Assembly (NCBI RefSeq): GCF_006345805.1
Contig: NC_042997.1
Coordinates: 16,430,001 to 16,494,000 of the forward strand
Length of the DNA stretch: 64,000 nt
Direction: 5' to 3'
Origin: Octopus sinensis
Taxonomy: Eukaryota
Shown here in pieces: positions 1 through 12,776 of the stretch. How positions within the stretch are numbered: position 1 is the stretch's first letter; each line of letters starts with the position of its first letter. The position numbers and the translations under genes are program-made. The notes beneath the pieces are model-generated. The model saw nothing but the letters and a program-made list of their open reading frames with translations, did not search any database and was not told the DNA's origin.

Positions 1-125
1 TCCTTGTTTGTCCCCTGTGTGTAGCTCCTTGTGGGTAGTAAAGAAATAAGAAGACGTACCTGAGGGTAAACTAGTAGTAACAAAGAACAGCCACTTTCAT
101 GCGGCGATTAACTTTATTTTATAAA

Positions 126-670
126 CAGGGTATCCCAGAAGTCGCGCACCATTCTGGTTTTCATTTAAAATAATTTAAGCATTTTATTTTATTACATTTT
201 TTCTGCATGTTTTATTGTAGAGGATGCTCAATTTGAGCATTTGTTACCATTGATTTCAATGGTACTTATTTAATCGACCCCGAAAGGATGAAAGGCAAAG
301 TCGACCTCGGCGGAATTTGAACTCAGAACGTAACGGTAGACGAAATACCTATTTCTTTACTACCCACAAGGGGCTAAACACAGAGAGGACAAACAAGGAC
401 AGACAAACGAATTAAGTCGATTATACCGACCCCAGTGCGTAACTGGTACTTATTTAATCGACCCCGAAAGGAAGAAAGGCAAAGTCGACCTCGGCGGAAT
501 TTGAACTCAGAACGTAACGGTAGACGAAATACCTATTTCTTTACTACCCACAAGGGGCTAAACACAGAGAGGACAAACGAGGACAGACAAACGGATTAAG
601 TGTTTTGAAATCAATAAGGGTATATTCTTTTAAAAAAACCAGGGTGGTGCGCAACTTCTGGGACACCCTG
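126..670. mobile_element. Tc1/mariner-type non-autonomous element interrupted by a SINE dimer
   Basis: 26-bp terminal inverted repeats CAGGGT(A/G)TCCCAGAAGT(C/T)GCGCACCA at 126-151 and 645-670; TA follows the right end; the minus strand near 215-260 reads like a mariner C-terminus (..AQIEHPLQ*). Confidence 0.75.
260..600 (-). mobile_element. SINE family A headless tandem dimer (about 183-bp units)
   Basis: Two near-identical units joined at GACGAAATAC|CTATTTCTTTACTACCC; they match the body and tail of the full-length copy at 4441-4674. Confidence 0.9.
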
Positions 671-748
671 TATATATATATATATGGGTGTGTATGTGTG
701 TGTGTGTGTGTGTGTGGAATAAGTACTATGAAACATTGTGTAGAATAT

Positions 749-1049
749 ATTGTATAAAAGATCGTGGGTAAGGCCAAAACAATGCGAAGTAAATGCAAGG
801 TAAATCACTAGAAAACAAATATGTGAAGCTAGCTGGTTGCTATAGCAACACCCTTCTGCGCATTTTCACTCCACACACGCTTATACACACGCACATCGGC
901 AACATTCATCAATTTCTTGAAAATGGGGTCATAACCCCGAAATATTGAATACAAAGTAAGTCTACATTAATTCACATATTTGTTTTCTTGTGATTTACCT
1001 TGCATTTACTTCGCGTTGTTTTGGTCTTACCCACGATCTTTTATACAAT
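749..1049. mobile_element. Palindromic MITE with 79-bp inverted arms
   Basis: 749-827 and 971-1049 are reverse complements with 3 mismatches; the interior is non-coding and contains GTTGCTATAGCAAC at 836-849. Confidence 0.75.
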
Positions 1050-1622
1050 GTACCCAATTTTGTAGAGAAAACATTACAATTCACATGGGTATATATTAAA
1101 TTTATAAAAATGAATAGAAAATGGTGATGTACAATTGGCAATTCAAAATTAAAATGTATTAACATAGTATTATATTATATTCTTATAATAATATAATATA
1201 ATATAACAAATATTAAATACAAATTACCTACAATTGTTTCGATTCTTACCTATAATAAAATTATAAAAAATCTATTGTTTGTGGGTAAGAATCAGTGTAA
1301 TGTTTGATATATGAGGATTCAAAGATCCAAGAAAAGACTGAATTTAAACATGTTTATGTTTTCAAGCGTGTCAATAATTAAAAACAAAAACAAAGATAAA
1401 AAATAAAATATGTCAATAATTAAAAACAAAGATAAAAAATAAAATAAATTAATATAACGGTCATAAAATATATTTGTGTGCTATTAAGTATTTTAATCTA
1501 AATATATCTTAGCGCATTAGTCCGAATAATTCGTTTGAAAACGAAAGAAAACTAATATATTGGATACAAACGCAATGGCGTAGCGTGGAGTATACGGATC
1601 CCCAGGGCTTCCATTTTATATA

Positions 1623-2144
1623 GCGTAAATCCTCAAGTATAATCCGCATTTTTTCCCTAAAATTTAAAGGTCAAAATCCCTAGTGCGTACTATATACGAG
1701 GTTAAAAATGAAAAATATTTTCTAAGCAATGTCCGAGTCTCTATTTGCTGTCCGGCAATATTTATTCAGACGCATTTTGTGATGTCGGGCGCGAAAATAC
1801 ATTAAGCTAAGCCTGAAAGCAATGAAGTCATAAAAGAATCATCCATAACTTGCAGTAAACAACATTTATTAAAATAAAAGTATTCAGAACACAGAATAAC
1901 ATGTAACAAAAACAATTTGCAAACATATTTACGTTCCCATATAACAGTTAAGAACATCACCATTATTGTATTACGCATACGCGGAAGTGTTTGTTCGACT
2001 AGGTGCTGCTGGCTTAATTACGCACGACTCAAGTTAGGGAAGGGGCGCGTATTATACACAATGTTTAGGTTTTTCAGAAGTACAGCCCTCTAAAAATCTC
2101 CTGCGTATTATACTCAAAGGCGGACTATACCCGAGTATTTACGA
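1623..2144. mobile_element. TcMar-Tc2/pogo-like MITE, 522 bp, TA target duplication
   Basis: Termini (G/C)CGTAAAT...ATTTACG(A/G) flanked by TA; a second 522-bp copy lies in opposite orientation at 62378-62899. Confidence 0.85.
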
Positions 2145-2539
2145 TACGTGCTTGCTGTAGTTGTAGGTACATCACATTTATGGAAGTGGGTAACCAATTT
2201 GGTTACCGCACTAACCCACGCTATGTCACTACACTATGCACTGATGTCTAATGTTTATTTATAACATTCTTTTTTATCTGAAAGTGAAATGTAATTAAAA
2301 CATAGACTATAATACTCCCGAATGCATTTTATAAATGACATGTTTTGTTGATGAAAACGATATTAGTAGTCTGTTTCAAAGAAGATTCTTCAAGTTTCAT
2401 GTAATGATGACTTGGTCGATACTGCCGAACATTAATCTACTTTCACTTTATTGTACCGATCGCTACCGAGGTCAGAGTAATTTCACTGTCTGATTCGTAA
2501 AGCGAAAGCGTCTCGTTATCAAACTGAAAGTTTATTTCG

Positions 2540-2990
2540 GAATTGTTTATTTATTGAAGAAAAGGCTGAAAATTTCAGACAGCAAACGTCTGTGAGAATC
2601 ATAGAAGACATTATTAACATTGACGATCTGGTTGAAAGGAATGACTTCCTACAGAGTATTTGCACTTTGACAATTGATATTGAAAGCACCATTTTCTTTC
2701 GTAGCTGATATTAATTAATAATTTGGCTGTGTTCTGTAATTAACCATTGCGTTTGGTGAATTGCCAGTTGTGTTGAGATAGAAAAGCTCGGAGCTGTTAT
2801 TTGTGCAGGCACTATCGAGGCATCAAACAAGTTTCTTTCTTCTCTGATTTGATCTATTCGTGGGCAGCAATTGAAAACCAGTTTGTTATGGAGAAGGTTG
2901 GTGTCCATACTGAAGTAATAGTTAACTGATATAATTACATTGGGGTTCAGTTTATTGTTCATTTCCGGCAAAAGCCGATTATTGCTGAGT
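2540..2990 (+). pseudogene. Highly decayed non-LTR (L1/Tx1-like) reverse transcriptase fragment
   Basis: Translation VRIIEDIINIDDLVERNDFLQSICTLTIDIES (from 2592) resembles the RT 'R-I-DII...L-IDFEKAFD' block; RGIKQ at 2816-2830 resembles 'RGIRQGCPLS'; there are stops and frameshifts. Confidence 0.5.
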
Positions 2991-4440
2991 TTGTTCTTTC
3001 ACTCTCTGGAATAAGTACCAAATTCTCGCGAATTTTATAATCGAATCTTCAAAATTACACAAAACAGTACTGTATGAAAAACAAATCCATTTCTAATCTA
3101 CCTTGAAAATAGTGTGTTATAGCTACTGCCTAGTTTGGTGGAACAAACAGGATAAACTGTGCTCAAGTCATGAATACATATTGGTTATATACAACAAAAG
3201 CAGTCTTAGATTAAAACAGCCATCTGCATATCATGCGTAATGCAAATACATCACGAAAACCCAAATTAACTGCAGTCTGCCGGCTAATTACGGCACCAGT
3301 GAATTTTCAGTCACTGTTTTTCCACATCAGTAACGATGGATTTGTCTTAGCATGTGGTTTCCAGTGAGTACATGCTACTTACAAAGTCTAATGAAGCATA
3401 GATGTTTATCTGGAATTTTCATCTCCGCTAGACGATTTTCTTCTGCTACTGATATATTAGTGTTATTAAACACAGAGCGTCCTTAAGAGATATTACATCT
3501 GGACGAAGAATGCCTTTCGCGATGTATCTGCATTAAACATGATACACAGATGTGTGTAATTGACTGAAAGTTGTAAAAATGATTGAAGGACCAAGAGTTT
3601 TGTGATGTAACTTTCTGGCGATTAAAATGATAAATATAAAAAATGTACACATCATGGAAAATATAAGAAATGAAATTCCAAATGTTTGCTGAATATAGGG
3701 ATTTGGAACATCTTGCGAAATATAGGGACTGGACTTACTGGTACTTAATGAATGTATATGGTTCGGAAACTAAATTAATAAACTTATTATGTAGTTGATT
3801 AACTCAATGAGAGGACAAATAAAAAAAAACAAACAATTACCATAACAGCAGACTCAATTACGATAACATAATTACATTAGCAAATATAAACACATATCCG
3901 CATGGGTGTGTATATATGTGTTTCTAATTAAATACTGTCTATGACAATACCAAAACCCACAAGAATCAGACTAGTGCATAGAATTCTCTATTAACATCAA
4001 TTACCTCTACATATATATATATTTGTTTTGATTTTTCTTTTGTCTTCTGTGTATTATCGATAAAGATACTGTACATCAGTATTTATTATATTGGACTCAT
4101 CCTCTCTTCTACTCCAGCACAGATGTATTTTAAACTTCTATGTTTTTATTGTTGTTGTTGTATATTGATTTCTAACATCGCTTCAAGGTCACGCATTTGT
4201 TCGGTTGGGCTATATCGATCGAATCGTTTTCTCACTATACCACTGTTATTTATTTTTTTTATCGACTCCCACCCACGAAAGAATTCGAAATCGATTAAAA
4301 TTAGAGTGAGTGAAGGTTCCTCGTGAACCAAATCCGCGACACATTTTCGAATCTAGATTAAATCTATTTCTTTGCACTTTCATAGTGTAACAGTTTTCTG
4401 AAAAAGCAAGAACCTCAAACATCCGATATCATTTTTATAA

Positions 4441-4674
4441 AGGCGGCGAGCTGGCAGAAACGTTAGCACGCCGGGCGAAATGCGTAGCCGTATTTCGTCT
4501 GTCGTTACATTCTGAGTTCAAATTCCGCCGAGGTCGACTTTGCCTTTCATCCTTTCGGGGTCGATAAATTAAGTACCAGTTTCGCACTGGGGTCGATGTA
4601 ATCGACTTAATCCCTTTGTCTGTCTTTGTTTGTCCCCCTCTATGTTTAGCCCCTTGTGGGTAGTAAAGAAATAT
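4441..4674 (+). mobile_element. Full-length tRNA-derived SINE family A (octopus OK/OR-type)
   Basis: Head AGGCGGCGAGCTGGCAGAA, B-box-like GAGTTCAAATTCC, tail GGGTAGTAAAGAAATA; 15-bp TSD ATATCATTTTTATAA at 4426-4440 and 4675-4689. Confidence 0.9.
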
Positions 4675-5256
4675 ATATCATTTTTATAAAAGTGAGGCCG
4701 TGCAAACTAATTTAAATATATCAAAACTCCTTGAAAGATTACTAAATATGTTCACTTTGTGGAAACATGATTAACTAGGTGTTGAATGATTGGTAGAGCT
4801 GATTTTAGTTGTGTGCTGTTACCCACATTAAAACTAAGACCATTTAATGTTTTCGATGAAACTATTTATTTACATAAAATATAATAGAGATTTTTGTCAA
4901 GAGCAACCGTATACCAAAAGTGTCTAGATAAGGATTTATCACTAGAAGTATGATTGCATGGTAGCTAGAAAAGGTAGCCATATCTTCGTGCTGTGAGAGG
5001 CGAGAAAAGTCTGTGTCCATTCTAAGACAAACGATTCCTTTTTAATCCGGGGTCAAGCAGCAACCAAGAAACCTGCTTCTTACGGACTTCTGTTGTCTTT
5101 GACTCTCTGTACTGATAGTGATGCGTATCTCAATTTATATTTATGTTTTTTGGGGGAAACTCGTGGAAAATTCAGTCGATCATACGATTGCAGCTGAAAT
5201 ACTACTGGTCAAAATTCAGGGCCAGTTACCTAATAATATACTGCGGTTTTTTTCTA

Positions 5257-5443
5257 GTTACTGAGCTGATGCTGTTTCAAATCTAAGCTCCGCCACATTT
5301 TCTTTAGCAACACATAAACTTATTCGATTCCTATGTTTTCAGGAACAGATTACGATTTTTTACTCTTTCACTGGTTTCACTCAGTCATTGAACTATATTG
5401 CCACTCTGTAGTGTCGCAATTAAGGTTTTCAGTCGATCTTTCG
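5257..5443 (+). repeat. Local duplication, copy 1 (about 190 bp)
   Basis: Aligns with 6656-6867 from GTTACTGAGCTGATGC to GTCGATCTTTCG, with scattered substitutions and an (ATT)n expansion in copy 2. Confidence 0.85.
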
Positions 5444-6655
5444 ATAGTTTTTTAACAAGCTATTTATCAAGCTGCTAAAATTACTGGACGTATAAGGACA
5501 ACATAAATAACACATACACGTACACAAACGGCGGTCTTTTGCAAACATTTAGCCGATCATCTTTAATCTCAGTACCTATTTCAATCTGGTAATAATTGTA
5601 GCAATTTGTATTCACTTAGTTACCCTTTTTTTTTATATATAAAGGGACGCAACTCAACACCCACAAACAAAGACTGGGTACATGCTCAAATACTGACATG
5701 CATGCATGTATTTTGTATGTATGTATGTGTGTGTGTTTATACACACACACACACACAAGATCTAAGAATAAAATAATTTGTCCTGGTATAAATAGGTGGT
5801 GTTTATTTTCTTCATCGCGTAAACAAAGATGAAATGCCGAAGTGACCCACACAAAAGCTGAAATCGGAAGATGCTTGCTCCAATAAGCTAAAATGACTCA
5901 CTTCTTGGTCGATATTATCTAAGAATCTTAAAACAACTTTCTACTTCGAAATACCTGATAAAATTAATATATCTTAATGAAATACACTTACAACAGTTTA
6001 AATAATAGACTCTTGTTTCCGTCTACTTGTTCAATGAAATAATGTTTGCTTTATTTTCTCCAATAAAGTAATAGTTCTTCGCTGTCAATGAAAAAGATAC
6101 ACGTAAAATAATTAGAGCACGCAAAGCGTTATATAGAAACATTACCCCTATCAAAATTCTTCAGTCTATTTTAATAATTATTGGTTTTGTGCTGGAGCAC
6201 AGCGTGGGGAGGAGTAAGTCGATTACATCGACTCCAGCGCTCAACTGGTACTTATTTTATCGATACCGAAAGGATGAAAGGCAACGTTGATCTCGGCAGA
6301 AAATGCCTCTAAGCATGCTTATCGACATTTTGCCCGGCGTAATAACGAATCTTCAAGCTGAATGCCTTATACAATGTAAATATATTGACAGGACAATAAG
6401 TATGTTCTCTTTAGATAAGTCATGGGCAAACTGCGACCCACAGAACTTTCTGAATGGCGTACTTACGAAAAATGATCTTGAATTTTTTTTTAGTAATGCC
6501 GTACGCCTGATAAGCCATGTCTCACACGACCTGATACTTGAAAATAGCTGCCTATGCCAGCTTTAAAATCTATCAAGCAATTGACACATCCAATCCATCT
6601 GCTGCTTTACATTTTGAAGGTGTTGCCTCCAGAAAAGTTATTCGAAATTATTCTC

Positions 6656-6867
6656 GTTACTGAGCTGATGCAGTTTCAAATCTAAGCTCCGCCACATTTT
6701 ATTATTATTATTTATTATTTTTTTTTGGAAAAACATAAACTTATTCGGATTCCTCCATTTTCAAGAACAGAGATTACGATTTTCTACTCTTTTACTGGTT
6801 TCACTCAATCATTGAACTATATTGCCATTCTGTAGTGTCGCAATCAAGGTTTTCAGTCGATCTTTCG
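6656..6867 (+). repeat. Local duplication, copy 2
   Basis: Direct repeat of 5257-5443. Confidence 0.85.
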
Positions 6868-7702
6868 CCTTTAGTTGATCATATCGTTTAGAACTTGGAT
6901 CTTTTAAAATCCTAGAACTTAATTAAATCGACCTCTATTTGGCGAGCCATTTAAGTTACATAGACAACAACACGGGTTTAACTATAAACAAAGATATAGA
7001 TGCACACACGACGACGAGCTCCTGTACCGCTTCCGTTCATCAAATTCCACCCACTAAATATTAGTTGGTTCAAAGCAACGATAGAAGACACTTGCCCTAA
7101 GTGTTCCACGGCGAGATTGAACTCGGAACTAGATGGTTGAAAAGCACGAGCCATAACAGTTTTCTACTTTTTCGATTTTCTTTATTATGTTTTTCTTTTT
7201 AAATTAATGACAAAATTAAAGAAAGACTTTGTTTTTATTATGCTCTCCATTTTACATGCGCATAGAACGCTTCGAGCTAACGTGGAAGCCTCTAGGATGG
7301 CAGTTCAAATTGCTAGAAATAGTAGCGAAGTATCTCAAATCACACCCTACTGTCATAGATAATGGACAATTACAATATATTGCCCTTGGTCTTGTCTGCT
7401 TTGTTTCCTCGTAACTTTCTTAATGAATATAAATTTTATGAAAGTTTTATAAAGATACGTTTTCGATGGCATAGATTACAATTATAATGGTGAAAATAGA
7501 CATTTTTTTCACTATATACAGACAAAAAAAAAGTCCGTTATATTTTTTTAACCATTCAATAACTTACAATCATTACACAACACATCAACATAAAATTTGA
7601 AGTCAAAAAAAATTGAGTTTACGCTTAACCTATTACAATACTGTCGGAAAGTGTCTTGGATGAGATCTCACAATATGCTGTATTACTCTTATCTGCCATG
7701 TA

Positions 7703-7930
7703 TAAGGCAATGAGTTAGAAGCACTAGCGTGTCGGACAAAATGTTTAACGGTTGTTCGTCCAGCTCTTTTTGCTTGCTAAGCTCAAATTTCGCCGATGTC
7801 AGCTTTGCCTTTCATCTTTTTGGGAGTTGATAAAACCAATCCCAGTTGAGCGCTGGGGGTCGATGTAATCGACTTTCCCCCTCTTCCCTGCAAAATTTCA
7901 GGTCTTGTGCCTATAGTAGAAAGGATTATA
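7703..7930 (+). mobile_element. Older SINE family A copy (CTTGTGCCTATAGTAGAAAGG tail type)
   Basis: Diverged match to the family A body with an alternative 3' tail. Confidence 0.75.
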
Positions 7931-8010
7931 TCGAGCAATGATCATGAGCAAGCTACAGAATAGTTACAAAACTATAGACTTCTTTTCTTTATAATTTAAT
8001 TAGGTAATTG

Positions 8011-8383
8011 GGATCTTTTGGGTTTGAACGGCAGCTTTTAAAAATAATTTCCACGTAACTAAACACTTTTAAACTTCGTATACTGGTAGAATGTGTTTAT
8101 AAAACATCTTTTTCTCTTGGCTTCATTGAGAAAATTCTATAGTTTGTAAGATATTTGTTGTTTTTTTTCTTCAATTTCTGCAATTTCAACCAATCAATGA
8201 CGTCTATTGAGGTGAAAACATTCTGTGACGTTTAAGAAACAGATTGGGTTTATTTACATTTCTGAAGAAAAAAAAGATACCCTTCCCCCACCCTTAACCC
8301 TAAAATAGATTGAAATGCAATAGATTGATACTAGGGTCATAATTATGGGTGATAATTTCATATGACACCGGTAGAAAAGATCC
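8011..8383. mobile_element. Probable MITE with GGATCTTTT/AAAAGATCC termini
   Basis: Short inverted termini at 8011-8019 and 8375-8383; the interior carries CCAATCAATGACGTC and CCCTTAACCCTAA. Confidence 0.45.
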
Positions 8384-9350
8384 GGTAATTGCACTTTACA
8401 CTTTCAAAAACATTTTTTTAAAAAAGAAACAGTATTGTTAAGAAAGTTATAATGAAACAAAGTTGAGATGTACTGATCTGCAGCTATTACTTCAGTTCAG
8501 TAGGAAAATATGGGATGGCTACAGCTGGAACGCATTTATTCACTCAAAGTAGAGTATTTTAGCTGCTTAAACAAACATATATACAATCATTTAGACTAAA
8601 CTTGTTTTATTGAGACAGGCCTAAGGATATTCAGTGAAACTTGCTAATTAACAATTAATCTTTCAACTGTTTTATTTGATTTATGTTTAAGTTTTAGGCA
8701 CAGCTGGGCTTTGAAACTTTATGCTTGATTGAAAATAGTTGATAATCCTTCAGTGATGCATAAATTAAAAACAGAAATGTCAGCGATTCCTTGGAATCAA
8801 ATGATTTGAATCAATTCTGAATGGTCTCCAAAGACTGCTGACACTGTTTGTGACATAATGAATTTTTTAGTTTAAGAACAGGGCTCTTATGTTTCTTCAT
8901 TATTCTTTGTTTGCTTGAGCATGTGACATATTGTCCTTCATTAATCTTCCCATGTAATGATCAAGTTTAATTTACTGAATTTTAAAACACAATATCTCTC
9001 TCCGTCACTGTATCTCTCACACTTTCTGCTCAAATATCTAGTTTCAGCTGAAAGTTACCATGATGACAGAGCATAATAATGAATGATAGTGTGTATTCTC
9101 TCCCTCAAAAGGATTACAGTAGTTTCTCTGAAATAGTTCTACCATTGTCTTTATCAGTTACAGCGTGAGTATAGCAGACTGATAAAGTTTGTTCTGCAAT
9201 CATGTGTTTCCAAGATCAATCCTACTGTGCAACAACTTGATCAAACACTTTCTACCATAGCCATGGTCAACTCAAACCTTGTGAGTGCAGTTGGGTTGAT
9301 GGAAAATGTGTGAAAGCCATTTGAATGTTATATCTAATCTTATCACCTAT

Positions 9351-9570
9351 TAAGGTGGCGAGCTGGCAGAAACATTAGCGCACCGGGCGAAATGCTTAGC
9401 AGTATTTCATCTGTCGTTAAGTTCTGAGTTCAAATTCCACCGAGGTCAACTTTGCCTTTCATCCTTTCGAGGTCGATAAATAAAGTACCAGTTCCGCACT
9501 GGGGTCGATGTAATCGACTTAATCCCTTTGTCTGTCCTTGTTTGTCCCTTCTGGGCAGTAAAGAAAAATA
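9351..9570 (+). mobile_element. SINE family A copy with 21-bp TSD
   Basis: TATATCTAATCTTATCACCTA at 9329-9349 and 9571-9591; several CpGs have decayed. Confidence 0.9.
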
Positions 9571-10179
9571 TATATCTAATCTTATCACCTAATTTAACAC
9601 TACTACATAAGCTACAAAATAAAATCATAGATAAATGCTGTGAGCTTCTAAGTCCTGTAAGCTCATGGGATTTAACTACAGTTTTATTTTCACAGCAAAA
9701 CTAAATATTTTTCTTAAATATATTATACATGACATCTGTATATATATCATCATTACTTAATGTCCACTTTTCCATGCTTGCATGGGTCAGAGTTTGCAGC
9801 AGATTTTCCATGGTTGCCAAACCACTAAGTTACAGGGATGTGAACACACCAACATTGGTTGTCAAGTGATGGTGGGAGGACAAACACAGACACACACACA
9901 TAAATATATATACGATGGGCTTCTTTCAGTTTCCGTCAACCAAATCCACTCACAAGGTTTTGGTTGGCCTGAGGCTATAGTAGAAGACACTTGCCCAAGG
10001 CACCATACAGTGGGACTGAACCATGATCCATGTGGTTGAGAAGCAAGCTTCTTACCACACAGTCACGCCTTAAAAATTTTAAATTGCCTAAAAGGATTCT
10101 TAAAACAGATTAACTCAGCCCTGATGGAATATATGAGAAATATTTTTGTGTAAGCACTTTGAGCAATCATCATGATGAT

Positions 10180-10315
10180 GTACAGGAGATAATGTATGCA
10201 CACTTCAACCTATGTTCATTTTGTGGATTGAAGTGACAATGATGGTGATAATAGTTATGTTTGTGTGTGTCGCGGGGTTTCATGGCTGTCAGTTTATGTA
10301 TAAAGTCATGATTTA
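10180..10315 (+). repeat. 136-bp direct repeat, copy 1 (paired with 15472-15607)
   Basis: GTACA(G/C)GAGATAATGTATGCACACTTCAACC...AAAGTCATGATTTA; the two copies differ at only a handful of positions. Confidence 0.9.
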
Positions 10316-10762
10316 GACACATGGCATAAGCCAAAGATTTCCTTGCTATTATCCTTAAATAAGTGATTGTGTCAGTATTTCTAGTTTAGTTTCAGATTGA
10401 GAATCTTGGAAATCTCTTGTTCTGCTTGGTTGTACTACTGCTCTCAACTTTGTTCTAGTAACTCAAGTGTTATCTAACAACTGGAGGGATTACAGCCATT
10501 CAGAAAACAAATAACCCAAATTAGGGGTCTGAAATACTAGAAGCTTCTCTCTTCAATAATTCTGTTCTTTTCTCTTATTGTTTTTAAGATGTGGATGTCT
10601 GTCTGTATTTAAGTATCCATCCATTATTCATGTTTATATATATATAAACATATACACACACGCATATATACACACATGCACACACACACACATATACATA
10701 TATTTTTTAAAGGTGTAGCGTTTGTAAGAGTCTGGATTGAATTGATATATCGGTTCCATTCT

Positions 10763-10815
10763 AACAAAACTGTCTGATGAACGGCAATGAGAAACTCAGA
10801 GTAACAGATTTTGTT
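10763..10815 (+). ncRNA. Type I hammerhead ribozyme-like motif in a Penelope-like fragment
   Basis: Stem I AACAAAACTGT/ACAG(A)TTTTGTT; core CTGATGA 10774-10780; GAAA 10791; quasi-palindromic stem III ACTCAGAGT; GUA triplet 10801-10803; stem II is degenerate. Confidence 0.7.
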
Positions 10816-11089
10816 GAATTTTCTGCTGCTTTAAATAAAGTATATATATATATATATATAGTGTGTGTGTGTGTGTATATGCATATAAAATACACATTTG
10901 GGTGTGTGCTATAGCTGGCTCATAACACACACCTTGAGTTTGAGAGGGAAATTTGATAATAAAAATGAATATATTTGAATTCAAAGACCATTTATCAGCA
11001 TTTGAAACTTTTATGCCATATAGGCATTATAAGACACATCTATGGGAAAAAGGAATTGTGGTTTTAGAATTTCAGATAAGCAAAGTCAC

Positions 11090-11264
11090 TTGGAGATCTT
11101 CAAATTGTACTTCACTGTCCTCATCTATGAATATTTAAAATTATTTTTCATTGATTCTCCCACCTTCTTCATAAATCATTTCATCTTCTGTGCTATTACT
11201 AATACATATTCTTGAAAGATTTGATGACAGTCTCTTCTTGCATTGCATCCCTCAATATTTTAAC
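11090..11264 (-). pseudogene. Decayed pogo/Tc2 DDE transposase C-terminal fragment
   Basis: Two frames join to give VKILRDAMQEETVIKSFKNM/CISNSTEDEMIYEEG...DEDSE, matching the pogo-type motif 'W..I..E.V.KSF.KCGISN..DG.EDD'. Confidence 0.6.
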
Positions 11265-11316
11265 CTACAAGCTCAGTTCTGCAATACTGAATCTCTTCAT
11301 GCATACATGCATATGT

Positions 11317-11520
11317 ATAGTTAGTTAGTTAATTTGGCTCAAAAGCAAATAGCAAGGCCATGTAGGGGGACATGGAGTTAAGTACAGGGTGGTGTTCATG
11401 TAAAGAGTTCAGGCCACTTGAGGTCAAGGGAGGCTTTGAACAAAGTGGTCGTCGGCATCTTCACCATCTCATCTGGCAGCCTCACCATCTCGTCTGGCAG
11501 TATAAGGAGGGATGATTTAC
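11317..11520 (-). mobile_element. CR1-clade LINE 3' end
   Basis: The minus strand encodes LPDEMVKMPTTTLFKASLDLKWPELFT* (CR1 ORF2 C-terminus pattern 'WN.LP..VV.A.S...FK..LD..W'), then a 3' UTR ending in (AACT)n. Confidence 0.75.
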
Positions 11521-11539
11521 CATTGACCTACCAACCTAT

Positions 11540-11890
11540 TATATATATATGTCTCTTTGTACCACTGAGAGTACTATTATTGTTAGGCATCATATTACTC
11601 TCCCTCTTCTTATTTATTTTCTTATAATAATTATTACTATTATCTTGTTTTATGTTTCCTTTAACCATGTTAATTCTTATTTTATACTTATTGTAATCTT
11701 CCCTCACTAGATAAGCAACATAAAATATAAGTCTGTTGCACAATATAAGAGTACATCTTGATGCTAGTCTGATGAAGTGTCACCCCAATATTGCAAAACT
11801 TTTCACAGGCAAGCATTAATATTCAATGGTGTTAGAAACAGAGTGGTATTGAAACAATTGTAACTAATAAAGATGTATTAAATTCATTCT
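11540..11890 (+). mobile_element. Penelope-like pseudo-LTR fragment with a decayed hammerhead
   Basis: AT-rich fragment with CTGATGAAG at about 11769, a decayed (G)AAAC and a downstream AATAAA; it abuts a (TA)n tract. Confidence 0.5.
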
Positions 11891-11957
11891 TTTTTTTTTT
11901 TGTATTCTGTTACTTTTCATAAAACTCACACACTGCTTTTAACGGTGAGATATGGCA

Positions 11958-12551
11958 AGACTTCCGCCCGTCCCCTACCAAAAAAAACACACCCTTTTTT
12001 AAAATTCATTATTATTTTTTTTTTTACACAAACACCACTTTTCGGCTATGGGGAATACGAATCTGCAAAAAAATTGGCATTTTTACATTACCACCCTCCC
12101 ACCCCCATTCCCTTCATTTACTTTTTTCAGAATTTTTATTATTTAAAAAAAAAATTTTTTTTCAGAATTTTTATTATTTAGAAAAAAAAATTTTTTTTCA
12201 GAATTTTTTTTTTTTTTGCAAAATATGCAGAAAAATACGGAGATTGTGATTCAGAAAAAAATTTCCAAAAATTTTTGTAAATATTTTTTAAGAATCTTTT
12301 TTTCTAAATATGCGGATAAAAATGGACATTATGATTCCGACAAAAATTTCAAAACATTTCTGTACTTACGGTTCAGGGTTAGGGAAAAAAGTCATAATTG
12401 AAGAAGTTGGTGGGGAGGGGGAAACATTTTCACAATGCCGATTTTTGGCAAATTTTCTGGAACCTCCGTATCCGAAAACGGGGATTTTTGGCAAAAAAAA
12501 AAGAAAATAAACAACTTTAGGAGAAAATGGGGTGGGGTGGGGCAGAAGTCT
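11958..12551. mobile_element. Old palindromic (foldback) MITE with an internal 32-bp tandem repeat
   Basis: The left arm AGACTTCCGCCC..TTTTCGGCTATGGGG..AATTGGCATT..CCCTCCCACC matches the reverse complement of 12400-12551; three TTTTTCAGAATTTTT units lie at 12121-12210. Confidence 0.6.
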
Positions 12552-12726
12552 TTATAATTTTATTTTAGAATTATCACCATATTTTTTGAAACATGGAATT
12601 TCAAAATTTTCTGGAAGAATCGTAATCTCTGTTGTTCAAAACAGAAACCCGAAGAAATTTTTGAAAGAAATTTTATGAAAAAAAAATTGAGTACCTATTC
12701 GACACGTTTATGTATATATATATGTA

Positions 12727-12776
<50 letters not shown>

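Noticed and set aside
4146-4331. ORF MVHEEPSLTLILIDFEFFRGWESIKK..
   Set aside because: There is no recognisable family or splice context, and part of it resembles a degenerate SINE body.
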